Source: an uncultured Chloroflexia bacterium (lineage in GTDB: Bacteria > Chloroflexota > Limnocylindria > Limnocylindrales > CSP1-4). Taken from it: DNA of 64,000 nt. Positions 19,498 through 30,735 of the stretch are shown here, piece after piece. The notes beneath the pieces were generated by a model. It saw only the letters and a program-made list of their open reading frames with translations. It had not been told where the DNA came from and did not search any database. Where the stretch lies: positions 346,375 to 410,374 of the forward strand of contig CAVQNC010000010.1 of the NCBI GenBank assembly GCA_963713795.1, read 5' to 3'. Within the stretch, counting starts at the first letter, position 1; the number at the start of each line of letters is the position of its first letter. The translations under genes and the position numbers were made by a program.

Positions 19498-21983
19498 GCC
19501 GCCTCTCCCGGGGCCGCTCGTCCCAACGCGGCATTAGGCGTCGCCGCCGGCACCAGGGATCGGAGCAGCCTGAGGGCGAGCGCCTTTGCGTCGACATCGG
19601 GTTCCAGCCGGGGGCCCGTGCAGGCGGGGCAGCCGCTCTCGCAACCGCATCCGGCCAGCAGGTCGGCGGCCCCGGCTACCAGCTCGTCGTGGCGGTCGAA
19701 GAGCCGTTCCGAAAGCCCGACGCCCCCGGGCACACATTCATACAGGTACACGGTCGGCGACTGGTTGTGCGGCGACCTGACCTGGCTGACCAGGCCGAGA
19801 TCGCGCGGGTCCACCATCAGGAGCACGGCCGCGACCGCCTGGATCGCCCGCCCGAGGCCGAGCAAGGCGACGTCCAGGTCGGAGTGCCGCCACCCATCGG
19901 CGGCGGACCCGAGCATCAACCAGTAGGCAGTGGTCTGAAGCTCCAGTTCGGGCAGGTGAACCGGGCCCCAGCCCAGGTTCTCGTCGGTCCCGAACTTGAG
20001 CTTCTTGAACATGCTTACCAGGCTGGAGACCATGACCTCGCCGTGGGCGCGGTCTCCACCGGTCGCCGTCGCCGTGGCGAAGGTCTCGAGCGGCTTGAGC
20101 GTTACCGCTCGATCGGCGTAGGTGTAGTGATCGACGTCGACGCGGCGGACGTAGGCCTTGCGTTCGTCCCAATCCAGTCTGTCGACGTGGAACTGGACCG
20201 ACTCGTGCATGTAGATCGCGTCCTCGTGGACGAGAGTCTGGGCCGCGAAGATGTCGATCTCGCCGATCACACGTGGCCGGTCCGGCGTCGTGTCGATGAT
20301 GACCACGTTCTCCTCGGCGGCAGCCCGCAGCGAAACCGACGAAGCGGGGAAGTTCTCGTTCGACCAGTACCACCTGTCGTCGGCGGCGCGGCGCACGAGG
20401 CCCTCCTCGGCCAGAAAGGCCAGCAGCGGCTCGGCTTCGCCGGGCCCGAACCGCTCGCCCGGCTCGAAGGGCAGCTCGAAGCAGGCCGCCTTGAGGTGGC
20501 CGAGCAATACGTGCAGGTTGTCCGGGTCGAGACGAGCCTCCTCTGGCGCAGAGGAGAGCAGGAACTCCGGGTGCTCGACGACGTAGCGGTCGACCGGGCC
20601 GCCCCCGGCGATGAGCACCGAGACGCTCCTGCCCTGGCGCCGGCCGGCGCGGCCCATCTGCTGCCAGGTAGCGGCGATGGAGCCCGGATAACCGGCCAGG
20701 ATGGATACGTCCAGCTGGCCGACGTCTACGCCCAGCTCGAGGGCGTTGGTGGTCACGACGCCGAGCAGGTCGCCATCGCGCAGCCCTCGCTCCACCGCCC
20801 GCCGCTCGGTGGGCAGGTACCCGCCACGATAGCCTCGCACGCGGGTCCGCGGCCCTTCGCCCAGGCGCAGCGCCTCCCGCAGGTTCGACAGCATCAGCTC
20901 CACGCCCACGCGAGAGCGGCCGAAGACCAGGGTCTGGCGGCCGGCCCGGAGGAACGGGAGGGCCCAGCGCGTTGCCAGCGCATGAGCCGAACCGCGCGCC
21001 CCGGTCGCGGGATCCAGAAGCGGCGGCTGAACCAGGACGATGTCGCGTTCACCGGATGGGGCGCCGTTCCTGTCGACGACCCGGGCGGGACGGCCGGTCA
21101 GGAGTTCGGCCAGCTCGCCGGGATTCCCGATCGTGGCCGAGCAGCACACGATGACCGGGTGAGATCCGTAGTGGGCGCAGATCCGGAGGAGCCGTCGGAG
21201 CACGTTGGCGACGTGGCTGCCGAACAGGCCGCGGTACGTGTGCAGCTCGTCGATGACGATGATCCGGAGCTGCTCGAACAGCTGGAACCACTTGGTGTGA
21301 TGCGGCAGGATCGCGGCGTGGAGCATGTCCGGGTTGGTCACGACGACCTGGCCGGCCGACCGGATAGCGGAACGGATGGGGTTGGGCGTGTCTCCGTCGT
21401 ATGTGGAAGCGTTGATGTGCAGCCCCGCCGCCCGGCTCAGCTCACCAAGCTCGGCGACCTGGTCCTGGCCGAGGGCCTTGGTGGGGAAGAGGTAGAGTGC
21501 CCGGGTGGTCGGATCGCCGGCCAGGGCCTGCAGGGTCGGTACGAGGTAGCAGAGCGATTTGCCCGAAGCGGTCGGCGTGACTACGACCACGTCCTGGCCG
21601 TCCCGGACCGCCTCGACCGCCTCGGCTTGGTGACGATAGAGTGCCGCCACGCCGCGGCTCTCGAGACCCGTACGCAGGCCGGGATCCAGCCATTCCGGCA
21701 GCGGCACTAGATCCGCCGGCCGGGCCGGCAGATGGGCGTGGTGCACCACGCCGCTCGAGATCGACGGCTCTGCCAGCAGGTGCTCCAGGACGGCCTCGAC
21801 TCCGGCCGGCTCGTAGTACCTCATCCTCCACCTCAAACAGAACACCCGTGCGAAATGCTCGCCCAGTGTAGCAGGCTGCGCAAGCGTGGACGCGTGTTGA
21901 CACGTCAGCTGCCGAAAGCTACGATCGCGGCATGGTCGGACATGAGACGGATGTGGCTCGGGAAAGCCTGTCGGCGCCGGCAT
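19494..21983 (-). CDS. mrfA: DEAD/DEAH-box helicase with a C-terminal DUF1998 Cys4 module; MrfA/YprA-like. The true start is probably the internal Met at 21824
   Basis: VVVTPTASGKSLCYLVP (motif I), VIDELHTYRG (DExH), C-terminal GCGCESGCPACTG. The first 53 codons are low-complexity and overlap the divergent gene at 21932. Confidence 0.8.
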   Translation of the reverse strand: MPAPTGFPEPHPSHVRPCRDRSFRQLTCQHASTLAQPATLGEHFARVFCLRWRMRYYEPAGVEAVLEHLLAEPSISSGVVHHAHLPARPADLVPLPEWLDPGLRTGLESRGVAALYRHQAEAVEAVRDGQDVVVVTPTASGKSLCYLVPTLQALAGDPTTRALYLFPTKALGQDQVAELGELSRAAGLHINASTYDGDTPNPIRSAIRSAGQVVVTNPDMLHAAILPHHTKWFQLFEQLRIIVIDELHTYRGLFGSHVANVLRRLLRICAHYGSHPVIVCCSATIGNPGELAELLTGRPARVVDRNGAPSGERDIVLVQPPLLDPATGARGSAHALATRWALPFLRAGRQTLVFGRSRVGVELMLSNLREALRLGEGPRTRVRGYRGGYLPTERRAVERGLRDGDLLGVVTTNALELGVDVGQLDVSILAGYPGSIAATWQQMGRAGRRQGRSVSVLIAGGGPVDRYVVEHPEFLLSSAPEEARLDPDNLHVLLGHLKAACFELPFEPGERFGPGEAEPLLAFLAEEGLVRRAADDRWYWSNENFPASSVSLRAAAEENVVIIDTTPDRPRVIGEIDIFAAQTLVHEDAIYMHESVQFHVDRLDWDERKAYVRRVDVDHYTYADRAVTLKPLETFATATATGGDRAHGEVMVSSLVSMFKKLKFGTDENLGWGPVHLPELELQTTAYWLMLGSAADGWRHSDLDVALLGLGRAIQAVAAVLLMVDPRDLGLVSQVRSPHNQSPTVYLYECVPGGVGLSERLFDRHDELVAGAADLLAGCGCESGCPACTGPRLEPDVDAKALALRLLRSLVPAATPNAALGRAAPGEAA

Positions 21984-22390
21984 CGTCCGCGCCGGGACCT
22001 GTGATTCCGATCACGAAACGCCGGCTGGCGCTGCTCGTGGGTGGCCTCGTGGCGCTCTGGCTCGTCGGGTTCTTCGCCCATCAGGTCGGGGAAGCGGCCT
22101 CGGCGGCCAGCCAGGCCGATCAGATGCGGGTCAAGAACGAGGCCGCCGCACGAGACGTCGCCTCGCTCGCACAGGAGCTCAAGCTGGTGCAGGAACCGGC
22201 GTTCGTTTCCGAGATGGCCCGCGGGTACCTGCTCGGATCGCCCGGGGAGATCCCATTCACGCTGGGCCCAAGCGCGCCGCCCCTGCCCGCGAATGCGCCC
22301 GGCTCGGTTGGTATCAAGCCGGTGGCCCCGGCTCAGAAAGTCAGTCCGCTCGAGTCGTGGCTCCAGACCCTGTTCGGGTCGCAATCGTAG
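21932..22390 (+). CDS. Septum-formation initiator (FtsB/DivIC-like) membrane protein
   Basis: Single TM LALLVGGLVALWLVGFF, a coiled-coil segment, then the conserved ...EMARGYLLGSPGEIPF tail. Confidence 0.5.
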   Translation: MVGHETDVARESLSAPASSAPGPVIPITKRRLALLVGGLVALWLVGFFAHQVGEAASAASQADQMRVKNEAAARDVASLAQELKLVQEPAFVSEMARGYLLGSPGEIPFTLGPSAPPLPANAPGSVGIKPVAPAQKVSPLESWLQTLFGSQS

Positions 22391-22413
22391 CCGCCTGACG
22401 CTGGCCTCCAGTC

Positions 22414-23352
22414 ATGAACCCCTCCACGCCCGCCGGTCGCCGTCCCCTTAAAGTTGGCGTCCAGCTCCCCGAGATCGAGCGGCCCGTCCGCTGGCCCGAG
22501 CTGGCCGCGATGATCCGGACGGCCGAGGAGGCGGGCTTCGACTCGATCTGGGCCGGCGACCACTTCCTGTATCACATGCCGGACGGCGCGGCAGAGGCGC
22601 CGTGGGACGCCTGGTCGCTCCTGGCGGCGGCGGCCGCGATCACCACGCGGGTGTCGCTCGGCCCGCTGGTGACGCCGGTCGGGTTCTACAATCCCGCGCT
22701 GCTCGCCAAGAAGGCGGCCACGGTCGACGAGATCTCCGGCGGGCGGTTAATCGTGGGGCTCGGAGCAGGCTGGAATGAGGTCGAGTTCCGCGGCTACGGC
22801 GTGCCGTACGACCACCGTATCTCCCGCTTCGAGGAGGCCTTCACCATCATCCGGACGCTCCTGCAGGAAGGCGAGATCGACTTCGAAGGGCGGTATTTCA
22901 GCGCCCGCGACTGCCAGCTCGTGCCCCAGTCGCGACCAGGAGGGCCGCCGCTCCTGATCGGCTCGGTGGGCGAGCGAATGCTCAACATCACGCTGCCCTA
23001 TGTGCAGGCCTGGAATGTCTGGCACACGGATACGGGCAACAGCCCGGCGGGTGTTCCGCCACTCAATCTCCGGGTGGCGGCGGCCTGCGCGAAGGTAGGA
23101 CGCGACCCGGCCACCGTCGACGCTACGGTGGCGGTCCTGGTGCGCGCCCCCGGCGGAGTCGGGCGCCGCCAGGGCGATTACAGCGCGGGCACGACCGAGA
23201 ACGCGCTCCAGGGCCCGTCGCAGGTCATAGCCGATGAGCTGCGCGCCTACGCCCGAGCCGGCATCAAGGAAGTCCAGCTCGTGATCGATCCGATCACGGC
23301 CGCATCCATCGAGGCGCTCGCCCCGGTGCTGGAGATCCTGGACCGAGGCTGA
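22414..23352 (+). CDS. LLM-class (luciferase-like) flavin/F420-dependent oxidoreductase
   Basis: FDSIWAGDHF, LIVGLGAGW, the TIM-barrel LLM motifs. Confidence 0.8.
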   Translation: MNPSTPAGRRPLKVGVQLPEIERPVRWPELAAMIRTAEEAGFDSIWAGDHFLYHMPDGAAEAPWDAWSLLAAAAAITTRVSLGPLVTPVGFYNPALLAKKAATVDEISGGRLIVGLGAGWNEVEFRGYGVPYDHRISRFEEAFTIIRTLLQEGEIDFEGRYFSARDCQLVPQSRPGGPPLLIGSVGERMLNITLPYVQAWNVWHTDTGNSPAGVPPLNLRVAAACAKVGRDPATVDATVAVLVRAPGGVGRRQGDYSAGTTENALQGPSQVIADELRAYARAGIKEVQLVIDPITAASIEALAPVLEILDRG

Positions 23353-23389
23353 TCATCCCGGGCCCGAATTTATCGGACTGATTGGCGGA

Positions 23390-24484
23390 CTACGGCGTTG
23401 CCCCGGTCCAGCTGCCGCGGCCGCTGCACAGGTCGAAGCCGACCAGGCACGAAGCTCCGTTGTTGCCGCTCGTAATGTCGCGGAAGGCGATCGCCGAGCC
23501 GTAGACGTAGGCCGAGTTGACGACCACGCCGGCGTCGGCCGACCGTGCCGCCCACATGGGCGACGACGCGCTGGTGCCGCCGACGACCCACCAGCCGGAT
23601 CGGCCGCTGTAGCGCTGGCTGTCGTACACCGAGACGCCCGAGTTCGGGTCGGCGTCAAGCGACACGTCCGGAGTCGCGCGCTTGCCTGAGCAGTTGACCT
23701 GGGCATAGCCGCTGAAGGCCAGTTGCGCGGGCGTGGCGGTCTCATAGGCGCTGCAGCCTCCGCCGCCGTCGGCCCAGCCGGTCTCGGAGGTGAAGGCGCC
23801 GCTCGCGTTGAAGTGCAGCGTCGTGCCGCCGACGGAGATGACGTTCGGGGAGGACGAGGGCCACTGGGCCGGCAGCCCGCTGTCACCGGCCGAGACGAAG
23901 AAGCTCACGCCGGCGTGGACGAAGTGGGAGTCGTAGGTGGTCTCACTCCTCGACTCGCTGCCGCCCCAGCTGTTGGAGACGTACCGGGCATTGGCGGCGG
24001 CGTAGTCCTCGGCGGCCATCAGGTTGGCGGTGCTGGCCGAGCTGGCCTCGACGAGCAGGATGTGGGCTCCGGGAGCGATGGCGTGGGCCCACTGGACGTC
24101 CAGGCTAATCTCAAGCGCCCAGCCGGAGTTCGATTGCGGGTACCTGCTCGACCCGGTCTGGCTGACCTTCTTGAAGCAGCCGTTGGCCGTCGTGCAGGCT
24201 GGCAGCCCGAACTGGTTGCTGAAGACCGCGAGATCGCTCTCGGCGGTGGGATCGTCGTAGGCGTCCACGAGTGCGATGGTTTCGCCCGACCCGGCCGTCG
24301 CGCTGGTCGAGAAGCCGTACACGGACTGGATCGTGGCCGGAGAGAGCCCCGACGGGCCGGTCGAGGCCTGCGGCCAGATTCGGAGCATCGGCTGGGCCAG
24401 GCCGCCGGCCGATGCGGCCGAGGCGGAGGCCGGCATGGCCGCGAGCAGGAGGCAGGCCGACACGATGGCGAGTAGCCGTTTCAT
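23390..24484 (-). CDS. Secreted S53 (sedolisin)/S8-clan serine peptidase
   Basis: Signal peptide MKRLLAIVSACLLLAAMPASASA; GETIALVDAYDDPTAESDLAVFSNQFGLP; Ser motif GGTSASSPMWAA. The track ORF extends upstream to 24700 only by reading through the 33-nt repeats. Confidence 0.7.
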   Translation of the reverse strand: MKRLLAIVSACLLLAAMPASASAASAGGLAQPMLRIWPQASTGPSGLSPATIQSVYGFSTSATAGSGETIALVDAYDDPTAESDLAVFSNQFGLPACTTANGCFKKVSQTGSSRYPQSNSGWALEISLDVQWAHAIAPGAHILLVEASSASTANLMAAEDYAAANARYVSNSWGGSESRSETTYDSHFVHAGVSFFVSAGDSGLPAQWPSSSPNVISVGGTTLHFNASGAFTSETGWADGGGGCSAYETATPAQLAFSGYAQVNCSGKRATPDVSLDADPNSGVSVYDSQRYSGRSGWWVVGGTSASSPMWAARSADAGVVVNSAYVYGSAIAFRDITSGNNGASCLVGFDLCSGRGSWTGATP

Positions 24485-24597
24485 CTCTGTTCCCCGTGCG
24501 GTTATGGAGCGGATCGGGCTGAATATATGAGTCGCGCAGTACCGGCACAAGTCCGCTTCGAGTTCCCGGCTGCCGCGGCCGCTCGCGTGCCGCTGGG

Positions 24598-24693
24598 TGG
24601 GCCCGCCGATGCCGCCCGATGGCCGCGGCGTGCGCCCGCCGATGCCGCCCGATGGCCGCGGCGTGCGCCCGCCGATGCCGCCCGATGGCCGCG
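24598..24693. repeat. About three tandem copies of a 33-nt unit (cccgccgatgccgcccgatggccgcggcgtgcg) lying 5' of the tRNA
   Basis: Directly visible; produces PSGGIGGRTPR and MAAACARRCRP peptide repeats in the two opposite-strand ORF artefacts. Confidence 0.85.
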
Positions 24694-24745
24694 TCACCAC
24701 TGCCTGGCTCCCTCCAGGTCCATCCGTTACACTACGCCGCGCTAC

Positions 24746-24820
24746 GGCGGAGTAGCTCAGTGGTAGAGCAGGGGACTCATAAGCCCTTGGTCACAGGTTC
24801 AAATCCTGTCTCCGCTACCA
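24746..24820 (+). tRNA. tRNA with a CAT anticodon (Met, or possibly Ile2/lysidine), 3' CCA encoded
   Basis: GGCGGAG-TA-GCTCAGTGGTAGAGC...CTCATAA loop...ACAGGTTCAAATCCTGT-CTCCGCT-ACCA, a cloverleaf-compatible sequence. Confidence 0.85.
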
Positions 24821-24983
24821 TCGATCGTCGCAACGGCCCGGGCGGCGCTCGGGCCGTCTCGTCTGCTCGGGGGCGGCGTCGTGGGATAGTGACCCGCCAC
24901 GCTTCGTCCTCCCGGCGCTCGCCGGGCCACTGGATGGGACGCTCCTGCCCGGCCCAGAATTCAGCCGAACGCAAGCCTCCGTC

Positions 24984-25012
24984 CGGCAGTCTTTGACTAT
25001 AAATCGTCTATC
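24984..25012 (+). promoter_or_regulatory. AT-rich patch upstream of ftsH (tttgactataaatcgtctatcacc) containing a TTGACT -35-like hexamer; candidate promoter
   Basis: Conspicuous AT-rich island in a 70% GC context, about 145 nt 5' of the ftsH TTG start; no clean -10 at canonical spacing. Confidence 0.25.
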
Positions 25013-25153
25013 ACCCGTTCCGCGGCTTGCCACCGGCAGGCTTCGGACGCCGAGCCGGGGCGCCCTTCACGCTGGTCGTGAGGTCCTCGGGCGTATACTG
25101 CGGCGGCCGATCGGCCTCGGTCCGACCGCCAGACCCGGAGGATCCGTTACACC

Positions 25154-27103
<1,950 letters not shown>

Positions 27104-27235
27104 GCTCATCGCGTCCACTCGAACCGGGCGGCCCGCGGCCGCCCGGTTTCTCGTTTTGTGCACGCCGTGCCTGTCCGGGCACGCCGAGGTCGCCTCGCTA
27201 CAATCTCGATCGAGAAGTCGTAGGAGGAGAACCCC

Positions 27236-28642
27236 TTGCCGGACATGGACGTCACCCGAGCCGACGACGCGGCCCTGGATCGGTTCCTCGATGAGACGCG
27301 GGAGGCTCGCCTCGAGTCGTACAAGGCGCTGCTTCGCATCCCGAGCATCTCGGGCATTCCCGCCCACGCCCCGGACTGCCGGGCCGCGGCCGAGTTCGTG
27401 GCCGCGGATATGCGCGCGGTCGGGATGGAGAACGTCGAGATATCCGAGACGGGCGGCCATCCGGTCGTCTACGCGGACTGGCTCCACGCCGCCGGCAAGC
27501 CGACAGTGCTCGTCTACTGCCACTACGACGTCCAGCCGGCTGACCCGCTCGACCTCTGGGAGTCGCCCCCGTTCGTACCGGTGGTGAAGGACGGGCGGAT
27601 GCTGGCGCGTGGCGCGTCGGACTGCAAGTGCCACGTCAGCATGCACCCGCGAGCGATCGAGGCCTTGATGCGGACGCGAGGGGCCCTGCCGGTCAACCTC
27701 AGGTTCGTGATCGAGGGCGAGGAGGAATCGAGTTCGATCCATCTCGACGCCTGGCTGGAGGCCAACAAGGCACGCCTGACGGCCGACTTCGCCGTGATCT
27801 CGGACACGGGTTTCTTCGAGGGCAACCTTCCCGCGCTCACCGTGGGCCTGAGGGGTCTGGTGTACTTCCAGCTCGATGTCACCGGCAGCCCGATCGATCT
27901 CCACTCCGGCGTGTATGGGGGAGCGGTCGACAACCCAATCAACGCGCTGTGCGCCATCGTCGCCGCCCTCAAAGGCCCGGACGGCCGCATTCGCGTTCCC
28001 GGCTTCTACGATGACGTGGTAGAGCTCACGGCGCGGGACCGCGAGGCGCTGGCCAGGCTGCCGTTCGACGAGGAGGAGTACCGGGAGTCCCTCGGCGTCG
28101 CCGCCCTGCATGGAGAGCCGGGCTATACGACTCTCGAGCGAGCCGGCGCCCGGCCGACGCTCGACGTGTGCGGCATCTGGGGCGGCTTCGAGGGCGAGGG
28201 ACCAAAGACGATCATCCCGGCTCATGCCCACGCCAAGATCAGCTGCCGACTCGTGGCAAACCAGGATCCCGAGAAGATCTTCGGGCTCATAACCGGCTAC
28301 ATCGAGCAGGTTGCGCCCAGGTCTGTTCGATACTCCATCGAGCGGCTGGGAGACGGGAGGCCGAGCCTGACTCCGATCGACGGGCCGACGATCCAGGCGG
28401 CGGCCAGGGCGCTCCAGGCCACCTTCGGCGCGGAGCCCTTGTTCACTCGCGAGGGCGGCTCGGTGCCGGTCTGCGCCAGCTTCGAGTCGATCCTCGGGCT
28501 GTCTACGGTTCTCCTCGGTTTCGCCCCTCCGGACGGGCACTTCCACGCCCCCAACGAGTGGATGTCGATGGCCAACTACGAGACCGGCATCCGCACGATC
28601 GCCCGATATTGGGACGAGATCGCCCGCCTCGACACGATCTGA
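27236..28642 (+). CDS. M20-family dipeptidase/metallohydrolase
   Basis: M20 metal-binding motifs (HYDVQP...D, GASDCK, EGEEESSS) and a dimerisation-domain fold. Confidence 0.8.
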   Translation: MPDMDVTRADDAALDRFLDETREARLESYKALLRIPSISGIPAHAPDCRAAAEFVAADMRAVGMENVEISETGGHPVVYADWLHAAGKPTVLVYCHYDVQPADPLDLWESPPFVPVVKDGRMLARGASDCKCHVSMHPRAIEALMRTRGALPVNLRFVIEGEEESSSIHLDAWLEANKARLTADFAVISDTGFFEGNLPALTVGLRGLVYFQLDVTGSPIDLHSGVYGGAVDNPINALCAIVAALKGPDGRIRVPGFYDDVVELTARDREALARLPFDEEEYRESLGVAALHGEPGYTTLERAGARPTLDVCGIWGGFEGEGPKTIIPAHAHAKISCRLVANQDPEKIFGLITGYIEQVAPRSVRYSIERLGDGRPSLTPIDGPTIQAAARALQATFGAEPLFTREGGSVPVCASFESILGLSTVLLGFAPPDGHFHAPNEWMSMANYETGIRTIARYWDEIARLDTI

Positions 28643-28788
28643 GCCGGGCCCGGCCCGCCACCAGGGCGCGCCGCCGCACTAGCCCAAAAGGCTGAGGGCG
28701 CCTGTGCGCTCTGGCCGAGTGCCGGGGTCATCCCCGACTGGTACGATGCCGCGAGTTCGGCTCCGCATGGATCGGGCGGGAGGCATTT

Positions 28789-29877
28789 ATGGCAACGACC
28801 GATAAGCGCGCAAGCTTGGAGTCCGCCCCGGATCAGCCGACCTGGCGGCTCGACACCGACAACGGCAGCATGGTTCCGCGCTCGGCACTGGATGTCCTGG
28901 TAGATCTGAGCGACCACCTTGCCAGCGGCCGTTTCGGCGAATACCAGCCCGTTCCGCTGGGGTTCGGGATGCTCGACAAGACGATCGGCGGTGGGCTGCG
29001 GGTCGGCGAGCTGATGCTGATAGGCGGAGCCCAGGGCACCGGCAAGACCACCATGGCTTTGCAGATGGCCCGTAACGTTGCCTCGAGCGGCCAGGCGAAC
29101 GTGCTCTACATATGCTTCGAGCACGAAGAGCAGTACCTTCTCAACAGGCTCGTGGCCCTCGAATCGGCCCTCGTGCATCTGCCCCAGAAGACCGGCGCGA
29201 TCAAGATCCAGGATGTCCGCAGGGAGATCATGGCGTCGTGGATGGGCGAGGGAACCGGTGGGGCGGGCCTGGCAGCCAACCAGAAGCTCCGGCCCAGCCT
29301 GGATCGGATCGCCCGATACGGCCAGAACCTTTTCCTCCTGCGCGGCTCCCAGACCGCCAGCACCATCGAGAACATCCGCAAGCTGGTCCAGCAGCACCGC
29401 GCTCTTTCGGGCGATCGGCGTCTGCTCGTGATCGTGGACTACATGCAGAAGGTGCCGATGCACCCGGAGCCCAACACGGAGGCGGAGAAGGTTACCTTCA
29501 TCGTCAACGGCCTCAAGGACATCGCCCTCTCCGAGCAGGTTCCGATGATCTCCATCGTCGCCGCGGACAAGGAGGGCCTGAAGGCCCAGCGCCTGCGGAA
29601 CCACCACCTCCGCGGCTCGTCGGCCATCAACTACGAAGCCGACATCATCCTGATCATCAACGAGAAGTACCACGTCGTGGCCAAGGTCAACATCGAGTTC
29701 AACCCCTACCAGGCCCAGCGGTTCCGCGATTGGATCATCCTCACGGTCGAGAAGAACCGCGGCGGTCAGGACAACATCGACCTCGAGTTCGAGAAGCACT
29801 TCGAGTACTCCTGCTTCGATCCGAACGGGCGGACCGTCCAGGAGAAGCTCATCGAGGAGCGGCTATACAACGACTGA
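28789..29877 (+). CDS. RecA-fold ATPase consisting only of a DnaB-helicase C-terminal-like domain (no N-terminal or primase-binding domain)
   Basis: Walker A LIGGAQGTGKTTMALQMARN; Walker B and DnaB-like block LLVIVDYMQKV...ISIVAADKEGLKAQRLRNHHLRGSSAINYEADIILII. Confidence 0.6.
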   Translation: MATTDKRASLESAPDQPTWRLDTDNGSMVPRSALDVLVDLSDHLASGRFGEYQPVPLGFGMLDKTIGGGLRVGELMLIGGAQGTGKTTMALQMARNVASSGQANVLYICFEHEEQYLLNRLVALESALVHLPQKTGAIKIQDVRREIMASWMGEGTGGAGLAANQKLRPSLDRIARYGQNLFLLRGSQTASTIENIRKLVQQHRALSGDRRLLVIVDYMQKVPMHPEPNTEAEKVTFIVNGLKDIALSEQVPMISIVAADKEGLKAQRLRNHHLRGSSAINYEADIILIINEKYHVVAKVNIEFNPYQAQRFRDWIILTVEKNRGGQDNIDLEFEKHFEYSCFDPNGRTVQEKLIEERLYND

Positions 29878-29890
29878 CGGAGGGCAGCCG

Positions 29891-30568
29891 ATGAGCATGG
29901 ACGGGAGGCCATCGGTCGGGGGCCCGCCGCGCGGGAGCCGAGGCGGTGCACGCCGGATGTTCACGCGCCCGGCCGAGGACCCGGCCGGCACGAGCCGGCT
30001 CTTCGTCGCGGTCCCGGTGTCCGACGAGGTCCGGTCATCTCTGCGTGGGCTGATGGAGGCCGTCGCAGGCGGGTCGATCGACGACCGGACCTTCGGCCAG
30101 CCACGCTGGGTTCGGGTCGATGGGCTTCACCTGACTCTCCGCTTCCTCGGCCCGACTCTGGACGAGAAGCAGCCGGCGCTCGCGGGGGCGCTCGTCGGGA
30201 CCGCGCGAGGCGTGGCGCCGTTCCGCATCGTTCTGTCGGGAGGCGGAGCGTTCCCCGACATGCACCGGCCCAGGGTCCTGTGGATCGGGATCGGGGAGGG
30301 CGCGGCGCAGCTGGGGGACCTTGCCCGGCGGCTGGAAGCGCAGCTGGCGCCGCTCGGCTGGCCGCCGGAGGGAAGACCATTCGCCCCCCACCTGACCCTG
30401 GCCCGGACCGACGGCGTACCCGGCGCTGATCGGCGAGCGGACCGCCTGGCCGAGCTTGCGGCGGGCCTGAGCCTGAGCTGGCAGGCCGATCGCGTCGTTC
30501 TGTACAGGAGCATGCTGGGCCGCGGCCCAGCACGATACGAGGCGGTCGCCGAGTCGCCTCTCGCATGA
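29891..30568 (+). CDS. thpR: RNA 2',3'-cyclic phosphodiesterase (2H phosphoesterase)
   Basis: Two H-x-T/S-x motifs, HLTLRFLG and HLTLAR; the start may be later than the track start. Confidence 0.75.
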   Translation: MSMDGRPSVGGPPRGSRGGARRMFTRPAEDPAGTSRLFVAVPVSDEVRSSLRGLMEAVAGGSIDDRTFGQPRWVRVDGLHLTLRFLGPTLDEKQPALAGALVGTARGVAPFRIVLSGGGAFPDMHRPRVLWIGIGEGAAQLGDLARRLEAQLAPLGWPPEGRPFAPHLTLARTDGVPGADRRADRLAELAAGLSLSWQADRVVLYRSMLGRGPARYEAVAESPLA

Positions 30569-30735
30569 CCCGCATCCGGCAGGTGGCGTCATCCGCAGGT
30601 AGTCAGGCACCGCTGCGCGCCGCAACCTTGCGCCGGCACCTCGGTAGCCGCTAGGCTTTCCCGGCCACAGTCGTGTTGGGGCGACCTCGGGCACCTAGCA
30701 GCCAGTGTCGCCGGTACGCCGGCGGGAGGAGTCGG

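Noticed and set aside
19353-21710. 785-aa ORF on the + strand
   Set aside because: Exactly antisense to the mrfA-like helicase. The product is Arg/Pro/Gly low-complexity, the typical high-GC antisense artefact.
24619-24996. 125-aa plus-strand ORF spanning the tRNA
   Set aside because: It reads through the 33-nt repeats and then the tRNA-Met gene itself (…RRSSSVVEQGTHKPLVTGSNPVSATI… is the tRNA translated). It is not a protein.
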